This document shows, piece after piece, positions 17,375 through 26,350 of a stretch of DNA of 64,000 bases. Under the pieces are notes generated by a model. It was given only the letters and a program-made list of their open reading frames with translations. It was not told the origin of the DNA and ran no database searches. The translations under genes were made by a program, and so were the position numbers. Source of the DNA: a virus (taxonomy: Duplodnaviria; Caudoviricetes); the IMG/VR virus record IMGVR_UViG_3300033121_002356, positions 32,001 through 96,000 of that record. One strand, written 5' to 3'. How positions within the stretch are numbered: position 1 is the stretch's first letter; every line of letters starts with the position of its first letter.

Positions 17375-19110
17375 TATACTTGTATCTCCACCCCAATTTT
17401 AAAAGTTCTATCTATATTTGTGTAACCTTCAGGTGTAACCGTTCTGGTTTTAAACACAGACGTAATTCCGGAAGCAGTTGGGCCATAATTAACATTACCA
17501 GGAGAAAACCCGTCCTCAGCAGCGCCACCACCATTTTCTATTGTGCATCCAAACCCACAATTTGATGTACGATAATTCAAGTTCCTAGCCAAACATAAAG
17601 AAGAGGCCAAATCATTACTCACACAATGAGATACCCAATTACTTCCGTCAATACTAATCTCTGTGCAACGACTTCCCTCAGACCCATCCGGCTCTATGGA
17701 TAGAACGATATCAGTAGCAGTTCCTACATTGTTTACAAATGAATAGGATGCTTGGTCCCCTGTTTTCCCATAATTATTAAGCGTATACGAACTAGAGTCT
17801 AACATAGAAATAGAAGAAGAATTAGCATATACCCCCAGCTCAGCAATAGTGCCCGCACTTAATGACACCCTTACATATCGGTAAGGCCCCCCAGAAACAT
17901 TACCATAATGGCTAAATAGGTCCACATCTTTAAAAGAAAACTTAGCATTTGAAATATTCTGATGACCAGTATAAAAAGTATCATTAGCAGCATCATAAGA
18001 TAAAACCTGTGAATCCGCCAAGAAATTAGGATTAGGGCTAAATCCTGTGTCATATATAACTGTTTTCCAACCTGAGAACTTTGTATGTGTAGGGTCATAG
18101 GCTGAAATCATAATAGGCTGATTAGCAGTTTGACATGTAGTAGTAGGAATAAAAATAAGCTCATGCTTTCTAGAGTAAACAGCAGTAGCATGTCTCATTT
18201 GATTAAAGTTACCGTTTGGGTTAGTTAAAGTCTCTAGAAAAGATAAAGAATTTTTAAAAGGGTCGTACTGATAGACGTTTCCGGATGAAATGCTCCCAAT
18301 AATAACCTTATCTAATTTCTCGTGGTAAACTACCCAAGAATACCCAGTAGAGGGAAGGGTTAAGGTAGTCCAAGAATTCTTATTCACATCATAAACAACA
18401 AAGCAATCCTTAGCAGCATTAGCTCCGTATTGGTAAAAATATATTCTATCTCTGACTGTGTCATAAGTAAATACGTTAGTTGCCCCATTATCGGAAATAG
18501 CATACGAAGCATAGGGCATTGGGGTCTTCGGCGTAATAACTTGTGTAGAAAGATTTACTTGATAGAAATTAGATGAGTTATTGCCGGCTTCAAAATAGGC
18601 CAAATTACTAGTTGGATGTGTTACTAATGCGCACGCGCCCCCGATAGATATAGGGAGTGTACTAAAATTAGACCACGAATTATTTGATGGGTTGTATATA
18701 TGAACTTTATTATTAGAAGAAGTCTGTTGACTAGCGCTATATCTAATCATATACATCTTTCCATCATAAGCCGAGAAACATTGTCCACCAGTAGTACTAG
18801 CCCAAGTAGGGCTAGCAGAATATGTGGTCATTTTATAGGAAGATGACATTGAAGAAACTGTCGTGTAGCTAACCCCATTATTTGATACCGAGAATGTAAG
18901 ACCAGTAGGAGCAGTGGAACTCAAACAACGTAATGATACTTTATCAAAGAAACAGCTTTTACCCAAATCTATATCAATAGTAGTAGCAGAAGAAATTGTT
19001 GCATAATTACTATAAATATTTCCGTTCAATACTTTAGCCAAATCACTCTCTGAAATACCAGAGCAAGTAATGGACGCATTCAGATTTTTTATTAAATTTA
19101 TGTTTGTCAT
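17374..19110 (-). CDS. Virion appendage / receptor-binding-like protein: discoidin domain split by a Kelch-like propeller, Cys-rich C-terminal domain
   Basis: IDIDLG...FSVSNNGVSYT, then YNPSNNSW, YDVNKNSWTTL and YDPFKNS Kelch-type blades, then YRYVRV...ELGVY; C-terminal GSRC...HC...C...CGFGC. Confidence 0.65.
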   Translation of the reverse strand: MTNINLIKNLNASITCSGISESDLAKVLNGNIYSNYATISSATTIDIDLGKSCFFDKVSLRCLSSTAPTGLTFSVSNNGVSYTTVSSMSSSYKMTTYSASPTWASTTGGQCFSAYDGKMYMIRYSASQQTSSNNKVHIYNPSNNSWSNFSTLPISIGGACALVTHPTSNLAYFEAGNNSSNFYQVNLSTQVITPKTPMPYASYAISDNGATNVFTYDTVRDRIYFYQYGANAAKDCFVVYDVNKNSWTTLTLPSTGYSWVVYHEKLDKVIIGSISSGNVYQYDPFKNSLSFLETLTNPNGNFNQMRHATAVYSRKHELIFIPTTTCQTANQPIMISAYDPTHTKFSGWKTVIYDTGFSPNPNFLADSQVLSYDAANDTFYTGHQNISNAKFSFKDVDLFSHYGNVSGGPYRYVRVSLSAGTIAELGVYANSSSISMLDSSSYTLNNYGKTGDQASYSFVNNVGTATDIVLSIEPDGSEGSRCTEISIDGSNWVSHCVSNDLASSLCLARNLNYRTSNCGFGCTIENGGGAAEDGFSPGNVNYGPTASGITSVFKTRTVTPEGYTNIDRTFKIGVEIQV

Positions 19111-19112
19111 AG

Positions 19113-20357
19113 TTAGATAACTGAAATAGAGGTTATATCATTATTGATAAGATATGGGTATAAGTCCTGGTTATAGTAACCATTTCTATTAAATAGATAA
19201 TTAGAAACGCCGGCACCGCTGCCTACCACATCCGTAAAATCAGATACATAACTAACTTCCCCGTTTAAAACATTATCTACTTCTAGTTTTGATGCCCAAT
19301 AAACGGAGCCCCTTTTCGAGGCAGCAACGGATATCGTTGGAAGTGTACCATCAGTAGAGTTTAATACAGCGCTCTTAGACATCAAAATAGAGCATCCTGA
19401 AATAGTAGCTACAGCCACAATATCTCCAAAATCAGTAGTAGCTCCTCTTATTTCATTAACCGAATTCGACAAAATTGAGCAGGGATAAACCGTATTTGTA
19501 CTTATTGTGTATGTAGTCGCGGTATTACGATTTGCAATAGTTTTATTTCCAGTATATCTGCCTGATGTAGTAAACTTTATTGATGTATCATTATAAAAAT
19601 CTAATAGAATTATAGAAGAATCCTGCATGGATATATAAATACATCCATTTAATGCAAAGCATCTATAGGGGGTACCTGTACCTAACATAGTACTTGCCCC
19701 TGTATTAAATCTCATCCATAACTCAAACTTATCTAAATCCAAAATATCTACGCTATTGCTCGTACAAACTATCAATGTATGCGGAGGAAAGTCTCTTCTT
19801 CTGCCCCTAACGTTCACCAACGGAGGCTCAATAAACCAACTCTTTGTACTGGGGGAAGACCAAGTTAAAGTAGAAGAATCATAGGAAAATACATCATTAA
19901 CAGGTGATGTATTTACATGCTTACTCCCATAGGTATCGGTTGTGGTTGAAGAAACACTCAAAGTTCTAGGAACAAAGTCTGCAAAATATATTGAAGGAGA
20001 TGTGTGGGAAAGTTTAACATATCGAATATAATCAGATATGGTAGCTATAATAGTAAAAGTATCAGGGTCAACAGATAAAGGAGCCTCAGTATAAACAAGG
20101 TCGTCTTGGCTTATTTCTATAACTACTCCATTAGAAATAGGAACAGTAGCGTAATAACTTACATTTTTAACAAAGTACCTACTGCCTAAATCTCCTTTTA
20201 ACTTTAAAACATCTGAGGCGCCCATTCCTACTACTAAAACAGTACTATTTGTATTATCATCAAGAATAGAATAAAGCTCATCTTTAGACAAAGCGAACGA
20301 AGAGCCTTCATCATTAAATAACTGATTAGAATCTTTAAGAATATTAACCTCAGACAT
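19113..20357 (-). CDS. Virion protein: discoidin-like domain plus Reg_prop-type beta-propeller
   Basis: GDLGSRYFV...IEISQDDLVYT...IRYVKL; ILSNSVNEI, VAVATISG, LINNDITSISV blades. Confidence 0.6.
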   Translation of the reverse strand: MSEVNILKDSNQLFNDEGSSFALSKDELYSILDDNTNSTVLVVGMGASDVLKLKGDLGSRYFVKNVSYYATVPISNGVVIEISQDDLVYTEAPLSVDPDTFTIIATISDYIRYVKLSHTSPSIYFADFVPRTLSVSSTTTDTYGSKHVNTSPVNDVFSYDSSTLTWSSPSTKSWFIEPPLVNVRGRRRDFPPHTLIVCTSNSVDILDLDKFELWMRFNTGASTMLGTGTPYRCFALNGCIYISMQDSSIILLDFYNDTSIKFTTSGRYTGNKTIANRNTATTYTISTNTVYPCSILSNSVNEIRGATTDFGDIVAVATISGCSILMSKSAVLNSTDGTLPTISVAASKRGSVYWASKLEVDNVLNGEVSYVSDFTDVVGSGAGVSNYLFNRNGYYNQDLYPYLINNDITSISVI

Positions 20358-23300
20358 TTATTTTAATTCCCACTTAAAGTCAACTCTTGACTTCCTAGAT
20401 AAGGTTTTAGGTATCTTTCTATCAGACGGTCTATTAAATTGCACTCCTAATTCTACAGTATCCCCAGGACCAACGTTCTTAATTCTCAATGGAAACACAC
20501 CAGCACCGTACTGATTAAACCCCCCTCCATTAATTGCAATAGAAAATAAGTCATTATTTTTTACTTGGTAATCAATATCTACAAAGCTTTCATTAAAATC
20601 AGTAAAATCAGATTTAAAATAATTAGATATCTTTAACGATTCAAAAGAAGCGCATGCGGAGTCTGACCGTATGATGAACATATCAGGGTCAACAGCTCCT
20701 CCTAAGATAATATTTAGATTAGAATCACATGCACTTTGCCAAGGAGTAAAAAGCTGTTTAACGAAAATACCATCTACATATAATCGCATCTCTAGTGTCA
20801 GAGTATCAATACTGTATTTCCAAGTTACCCCTATATGATGAGGGGTATACCAATCAAATTCTACACTATTTATAGTACGTATCTCATCAGAACCGGAATT
20901 ATTTGTATAAAATAAAAGACCACCAAAAGAAGTCTGCACCCCCACTGTAGCATAGAAATCTACACCAGTAACAATAGACAGAAGTGAATGCGTAAAAATC
21001 CTATCATCATAATAATACTTATAACTTTTTATTGTCTGAAACCCTACCTCAGGGACTTCCTCTAACGATTCAATATTTTCGAAATATCCCTCACTATCAT
21101 AATCTGGGTTAAACCAAAACTCTATACTACCCTTTGATAGTGTTAAATTCTCTATAGGAAAAAAACTAATAAATTCATCCCCATTTAGATAAACTCCTTT
21201 ATTAAATTTTACAATATCATCAAATTTATTCCTCTTTATAAGGGGGGAATCTAAATAAATATATGTAGGCGATGAGCTGCCCAACCCTTTAAGGGCTATC
21301 TGGAAAAATCCAATAGAAGTATAAAGCTCGGGCTTTTCTATTATTGACGCATTTTTAAATTGTAAAGAAAGAGGCACCCAGCTACTGTTTTCAAGTAAAG
21401 AAGGAGAAATACTCCATTCAAAATAATTTGAACTATCCGTACCCATCCTTACTATAAGATAATCTATATTCTCTTTATTTTCCAAAAAAATATTAAAATT
21501 TAAAAAATCTCTAAAAGACCAAAGAGGGTCTGCTTCCCAGGTTGCGTCTTCTTTGATTGTAAATAGTACTTCCTCTGTTTGGTTACTATTATAAGTAAGC
21601 CGCAAAGAAGAACCAGAATTATTATCGGAACTAATAACGTATGTATTTCTATCAGCAGCCCCTAAATCAGCCGAAGAAACATCCCACCATCTGTTAGAGT
21701 AAAAAGGGGACTCTTCCACAAAAGCGCTAACTTTATTCAGCCATCCACCCCTAGAGCCTTGAGAAAAATCCCAGCTAATCATAACCCATCTAGCCAATGA
21801 GTCTAAGTTACCAAATGAATTAAATATAACATTATCTATGTTATTAATTCTATTTCCACTGTTAGCGAATAAATCTGGGTCATTTTTCCAACTTCTAGCC
21901 GTATCCCTTGTAATCATCTCAGTAGTAGCAACAATGCTAGTGCTGTCGATTCTAAAAAATTGGCCTAAATCAAACGCTACATATCCATATGTTTTAGCAT
22001 TTACACCACCACTATATTGCGAAGCCGAAAAAGCGTTGATTATAAAAATATCCTCGTCACCGAACTGAGTAAATGTATTAAATCGTATATTTACTCCTTT
22101 AGTACCAACAGGATAGAAAGTATTTATATGCTCTATAACTACAGGGGTAGCTACATCATCTACATCCGGCACAGATGTAACAGTGAATGTAGGAGACAAC
22201 GTCTCTCCAGACTCCGGTAACGCACCATTAGTTATATCAATATGAACAGTGTACTCTGTATCATATGTTTGTGTATAAGTACCGCCACTCTCTACCTCCC
22301 CTTGGTAATTCGCTGGGGCATTATGATTAGATTCTACCGCTCCTACTGGAGCGTATATGTTAGCGGATAAAGAAGAGTCAGTTAGTGAAGTACCAAGAGA
22401 AGTCCATACCGTATTTCTAGGATAAAGAAAATTATAATTATAAGCTCCCCATGCTGGTTTGTTCTTCAATACATCGTACCTAATCTTTAATTCCTTATCT
22501 CCTGTAAATTTATATAAACCAGTAACCCCTCTTTTAGGATTAATTATATCAGCATGAGAAGATAAACTAGAATAAAATACCACATTATGAGTATCATACG
22601 TATCGTCTTGAAGTATATCTACTACTAGGTCTGCTGTAGAAGTTGAATCATTTTTTACAGTGATAGTTCTAGTCTCATCATAGGAAACAGAAATTTCTGT
22701 ACTCTCTGTTGTAGAATTTATGTACTCCTCATTTACTCTAGGAGTATGGTCATCTATTTTCTCAGACAGAAACTTAACGCTATATAAGTCAAAAATTAAC
22801 GGAGGTCGAATCTCAACCACAGCATAATTAATTGGTTTACCGATTGTCATAAAAGAAGTATTAATTTCCCTTCCTTCGACAGTATTATCTACAGAAAAAT
22901 CTATTTGCTCAAATACCAAATCATCGCCAGCAGTAAAAACAGAAAATATATCACTTCCAACTATATTAAACCCAGTAGAACTTACCAACTCTGGGCTAAA
23001 TAGCTCAATCTCAGTCATCTTAGTACTAAAATGTCTGTATACTTCAAGCACCACCCTTTTTGTTTTTACAGGCTGAACAACATAAAGCGCTTTGCGCTTA
23101 GACGCAATAGCGGTACTTAACCTAATAATTGTCTGTACGTCAGAAGACGTTTCATCATCTTCTGTAACTGCAATCAATGGGTTCATATAAAAAGCAGAAC
23201 CAGGACTAACAGGCCTATCGTCAAAAGTAATTGTTTTCAAATCAAAGGGAATTCTCTTTCCCCCATTCTCATAAAAAAGCCCATATTCCACCCAATTCAA

Positions 23301-25340
23301 TGGCTCTACGAAGTACAAAGCAATAGCGCCTATCTCTTTTTCAAAATCTGGGCTTATATCAATGATAATATCAAACTTATCCGTCGCAAAAGAACCAGAT
23401 GAAGGATGGCCGGGGTCAACATAATCGGTATTTCCTATCTGGCCATCTCCATCTAAATAAAAATAGCTATCATCAGAGCCCCCGAACGAAGTACGAACCC
23501 CATCAGTCAATAATTCAATATTCTTAGCGAGAGTAGTTTTAGTATTACTTATTTGTTCTAGCCCGCTATAGGTAGGAATATATCTCCAATACCCGTGAGA
23601 GCCCCCCTTTGTATCCACAGTAATATCTGTCATTGATGAAGATACATTAGCCCCCACCTTTACGATTTCACTTGGCTTATAATCAAAAACTACTTTATCT
23701 ATAGCAGTCTTTTGCCCAAAATCAAAGAATAATCTCGCTTTATCTCTTGTACCATTGCTTCTAACATATACGGGCAAGGACTTCATTCCATTGCCGTAGA
23801 AAATAACGTCATCATTAATATTTAAATCATATGTAACATCATCTAAAACTTTCATGTACGTTAATAGCGCCGGTTCACCGAATTGGGCATAACTATATAC
23901 TATAACATTAGACACCCCAATTAAATCTCCTGCTTGAACATCTAAAGAAAGTTCAACTTCAAAATCACGCAATACCTGATTAAAAGGCAACGGGGGAGCC
24001 TGCACTTTAGGATTATTGATAATTATATCGGGGGTTATTTCTATCTCCCCAATAAATTTTAACATGTTATCCCCGATTGGTCTAAATATTTTAAGCTTAC
24101 TCACAGGGGACTGTAACAAGGTTCCATAAAAATATCCTTTATCTATTTTTCCATTGTTTGTTATAGGCTTTAAATAGTCTATCAATGTTATGTTTTTCAT
24201 AACAAAAGGGTCTGTATAATAATTAAAGCTATATAAAGGGTTGCCCCCTTCTATAAGATATTGCTCTGGATTAAATGTCACACTGCTCTTTACGCTACTA
24301 TCTTTTAAAATTCTTAGAGATTCATTATTTAGTTCAAATATGCCTTCAAATAGATTATCATCAGTTACTCCCTCGTAAAAGGAATACAAAGGAGTTTGGT
24401 ACCTATCAAAAAATCCTAACTGTTCAAATAACTTTGAATACTTTATCTCTATAGAAGTATCGTCACCACGTATACCCCCTGATATCCTAATTTTATTATC
24501 ACTTTGCAATTCTACGGTAGCATTCATAAAACCAGGGGTTGCTACCATATTCAACTTTCTTTCCATATCTATAACAACGGCTAGAATAGAAGTGTCTATA
24601 CTTGTTTTATCTAAGTAAATAGTTCTAAACTCGGTACCATTAATGCTTATCTCAAAGCTATTATTATCATTAGATACGGCTAAGCGGGATGAATTTAAAG
24701 ATGACCCAATTATAGACGCAGCCCGACCAGCCCCAGTGCAAGGGCTCGGTACGTTAGTAAAAAAATCGTCTAAGGTACAAGCACACCCGGCCGTCTCTAC
24801 TGATACATCAATTATACGAATAAATTGAACATAAAACTCATCATTAGCAATCCCTTCTATAAAAGGAAATAAACGTAGTCTAGTTATTATGCCTTGCCAC
24901 GATTCAAGTACATTTGGGTCTAATCTATACAAATGCCAAGAACCGTCTGTAATTAAATCAAATTCAATATATTGTCCTAAGGAGTCAATAACTGCTGGGT
25001 CGTCATCATTATTATTTTGTTTGATAAATTGTAATTTAGCGGTTCTAGCATAACGACTCTTAACTCTAAGAACCAATTCAATATAATTAGTAGAAGGAAC
25101 TACCCCTACATTAGAAAAAGGCTGTTCAACGTAAGCAATCTGGGCGCCGTTTCTTCTGACCCCGTGCATGCTACCACCAAGAAAAGAAAGGTCAGCTACA
25201 TTAAACCCAAATTCCCACCCTTCATCATTGGCGTTATATCTCCAGTCATTATTATAGACAGTCCTACTAGGAATATCGCATCTAATGGAATTAGAAATCT
25301 TATAGTCGATATCTCCGACTTCGTTATAATATTGAGTCAT
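20358..25340 (-). CDS. Large multidomain virion protein (CBM-like, flagellar-hook-like, discoidin and LamG/ConA-like modules)
   Basis: DGSWHLYRLD...WQGIITRLRL (CBM-like); FEISING...IDMERKLN...LGF; FDFG/FDLG discoidin motifs; KGSIEFWFNPD...HHIGVTW...LYVDG...ILGG (LamG). Confidence 0.65.
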   Translation of the reverse strand: MTQYYNEVGDIDYKISNSIRCDIPSRTVYNNDWRYNANDEGWEFGFNVADLSFLGGSMHGVRRNGAQIAYVEQPFSNVGVVPSTNYIELVLRVKSRYARTAKLQFIKQNNNDDDPAVIDSLGQYIEFDLITDGSWHLYRLDPNVLESWQGIITRLRLFPFIEGIANDEFYVQFIRIIDVSVETAGCACTLDDFFTNVPSPCTGAGRAASIIGSSLNSSRLAVSNDNNSFEISINGTEFRTIYLDKTSIDTSILAVVIDMERKLNMVATPGFMNATVELQSDNKIRISGGIRGDDTSIEIKYSKLFEQLGFFDRYQTPLYSFYEGVTDDNLFEGIFELNNESLRILKDSSVKSSVTFNPEQYLIEGGNPLYSFNYYTDPFVMKNITLIDYLKPITNNGKIDKGYFYGTLLQSPVSKLKIFRPIGDNMLKFIGEIEITPDIIINNPKVQAPPLPFNQVLRDFEVELSLDVQAGDLIGVSNVIVYSYAQFGEPALLTYMKVLDDVTYDLNINDDVIFYGNGMKSLPVYVRSNGTRDKARLFFDFGQKTAIDKVVFDYKPSEIVKVGANVSSSMTDITVDTKGGSHGYWRYIPTYSGLEQISNTKTTLAKNIELLTDGVRTSFGGSDDSYFYLDGDGQIGNTDYVDPGHPSSGSFATDKFDIIIDISPDFEKEIGAIALYFVEPLNWVEYGLFYENGGKRIPFDLKTITFDDRPVSPGSAFYMNPLIAVTEDDETSSDVQTIIRLSTAIASKRKALYVVQPVKTKRVVLEVYRHFSTKMTEIELFSPELVSSTGFNIVGSDIFSVFTAGDDLVFEQIDFSVDNTVEGREINTSFMTIGKPINYAVVEIRPPLIFDLYSVKFLSEKIDDHTPRVNEEYINSTTESTEISVSYDETRTITVKNDSTSTADLVVDILQDDTYDTHNVVFYSSLSSHADIINPKRGVTGLYKFTGDKELKIRYDVLKNKPAWGAYNYNFLYPRNTVWTSLGTSLTDSSLSANIYAPVGAVESNHNAPANYQGEVESGGTYTQTYDTEYTVHIDITNGALPESGETLSPTFTVTSVPDVDDVATPVVIEHINTFYPVGTKGVNIRFNTFTQFGDEDIFIINAFSASQYSGGVNAKTYGYVAFDLGQFFRIDSTSIVATTEMITRDTARSWKNDPDLFANSGNRINNIDNVIFNSFGNLDSLARWVMISWDFSQGSRGGWLNKVSAFVEESPFYSNRWWDVSSADLGAADRNTYVISSDNNSGSSLRLTYNSNQTEEVLFTIKEDATWEADPLWSFRDFLNFNIFLENKENIDYLIVRMGTDSSNYFEWSISPSLLENSSWVPLSLQFKNASIIEKPELYTSIGFFQIALKGLGSSSPTYIYLDSPLIKRNKFDDIVKFNKGVYLNGDEFISFFPIENLTLSKGSIEFWFNPDYDSEGYFENIESLEEVPEVGFQTIKSYKYYYDDRIFTHSLLSIVTGVDFYATVGVQTSFGGLLFYTNNSGSDEIRTINSVEFDWYTPHHIGVTWKYSIDTLTLEMRLYVDGIFVKQLFTPWQSACDSNLNIILGGAVDPDMFIIRSDSACASFESLKISNYFKSDFTDFNESFVDIDYQVKNNDLFSIAINGGGFNQYGAGVFPLRIKNVGPGDTVELGVQFNRPSDRKIPKTLSRKSRVDFKWELK

Positions 25341-26350
25341 TATAGTAACTTAATACTTGTAATTTCATTACTAAAAAGGGTAGAAACATCATTTATGTTA
25401 TGAGAGCTAACAACAGTATCTGTAGCTAGATTATACTTTGCAAATATACCAGTACTAGAATTATTAGTTGAATAGTAGAGATACCCGGAAGAAGTAGTGG
25501 CCCCTCTAGAAATAAATATGCTAGATAAATTTGCTATACTTATATTTCTAATAGTCGAAAGAGACGGTAAAATAAGGCTCTCACTTATAATAGATACCCC
25601 GGAGCTTGTGGCAACAAATATCGTATTCTTTGTTCCACTTATACTATTCTCAGAAACAGCTAAATCAATAACTGTTTTAGATGGCAAAGAAGAATACAAG
25701 TAATCAACCAAGGGTATAGATAAATTTAAATTAGGCCCTCTATTCGGGGAGCTTATAAAGTAAAGTCCATTAACCCCGTGGCCATAATATATCTGCCCAC
25801 CTGAAGTAAGGTAAACATCACCAGGCGTGGTATCTGCTGCGGAGAAATTACTAACGTACTCACCATCGTTTGTTATGTAAGAAAGCCCTCCTTCATGGGA
25901 CGCGACTAAATAATCAACGGAATTTATATGATTACAGGTTACATACTTTATATTCTTCCCACCAAGAGTTGACAACATTAGAAGAGGCTTTAATTCAAAA
26001 ACCTGCCTAGATACACAGCTTTTTGGTATAGAATAAATACCATCACTAGTACCAACATAAATTTGGGATTTATTAACACAGAAAGAATTAAAAATCATTT
26101 GATTTTCTGGCTTTAAAATCAATCCTACTCTTTCATTTTGCTCTCTATCATAGATTGAGACAGAAGAAGAAGATAATGTAAAAACGTATTTCTTTTCTAC
26201 TATAATGTCTTTTATTAAGTCTGAATACAAAAGAGAAGAAGCACTAGAAAAAATAGCATCTGTTTTGTTCTTAACTTTAACTGAAAATCCAGCCTTATAT
26301 GTATTTCCCACAACATATCTAGGGTACACTCTTAATCTATTAGCTGTCAT
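25340..26350 (-). CDS. Reg_prop-type beta-propeller virion protein
   Basis: IYVGTSDGIY, LVASHEGGLS, LPSKTVIDLAV, IFVATSSGVS, LFSNEITSI. Confidence 0.65.
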   Translation of the reverse strand: MTANRLRVYPRYVVGNTYKAGFSVKVKNKTDAIFSSASSLLYSDLIKDIIVEKKYVFTLSSSSVSIYDREQNERVGLILKPENQMIFNSFCVNKSQIYVGTSDGIYSIPKSCVSRQVFELKPLLMLSTLGGKNIKYVTCNHINSVDYLVASHEGGLSYITNDGEYVSNFSAADTTPGDVYLTSGGQIYYGHGVNGLYFISSPNRGPNLNLSIPLVDYLYSSLPSKTVIDLAVSENSISGTKNTIFVATSSGVSIISESLILPSLSTIRNISIANLSSIFISRGATTSSGYLYYSTNNSSTGIFAKYNLATDTVVSSHNINDVSTLFSNEITSIKLL

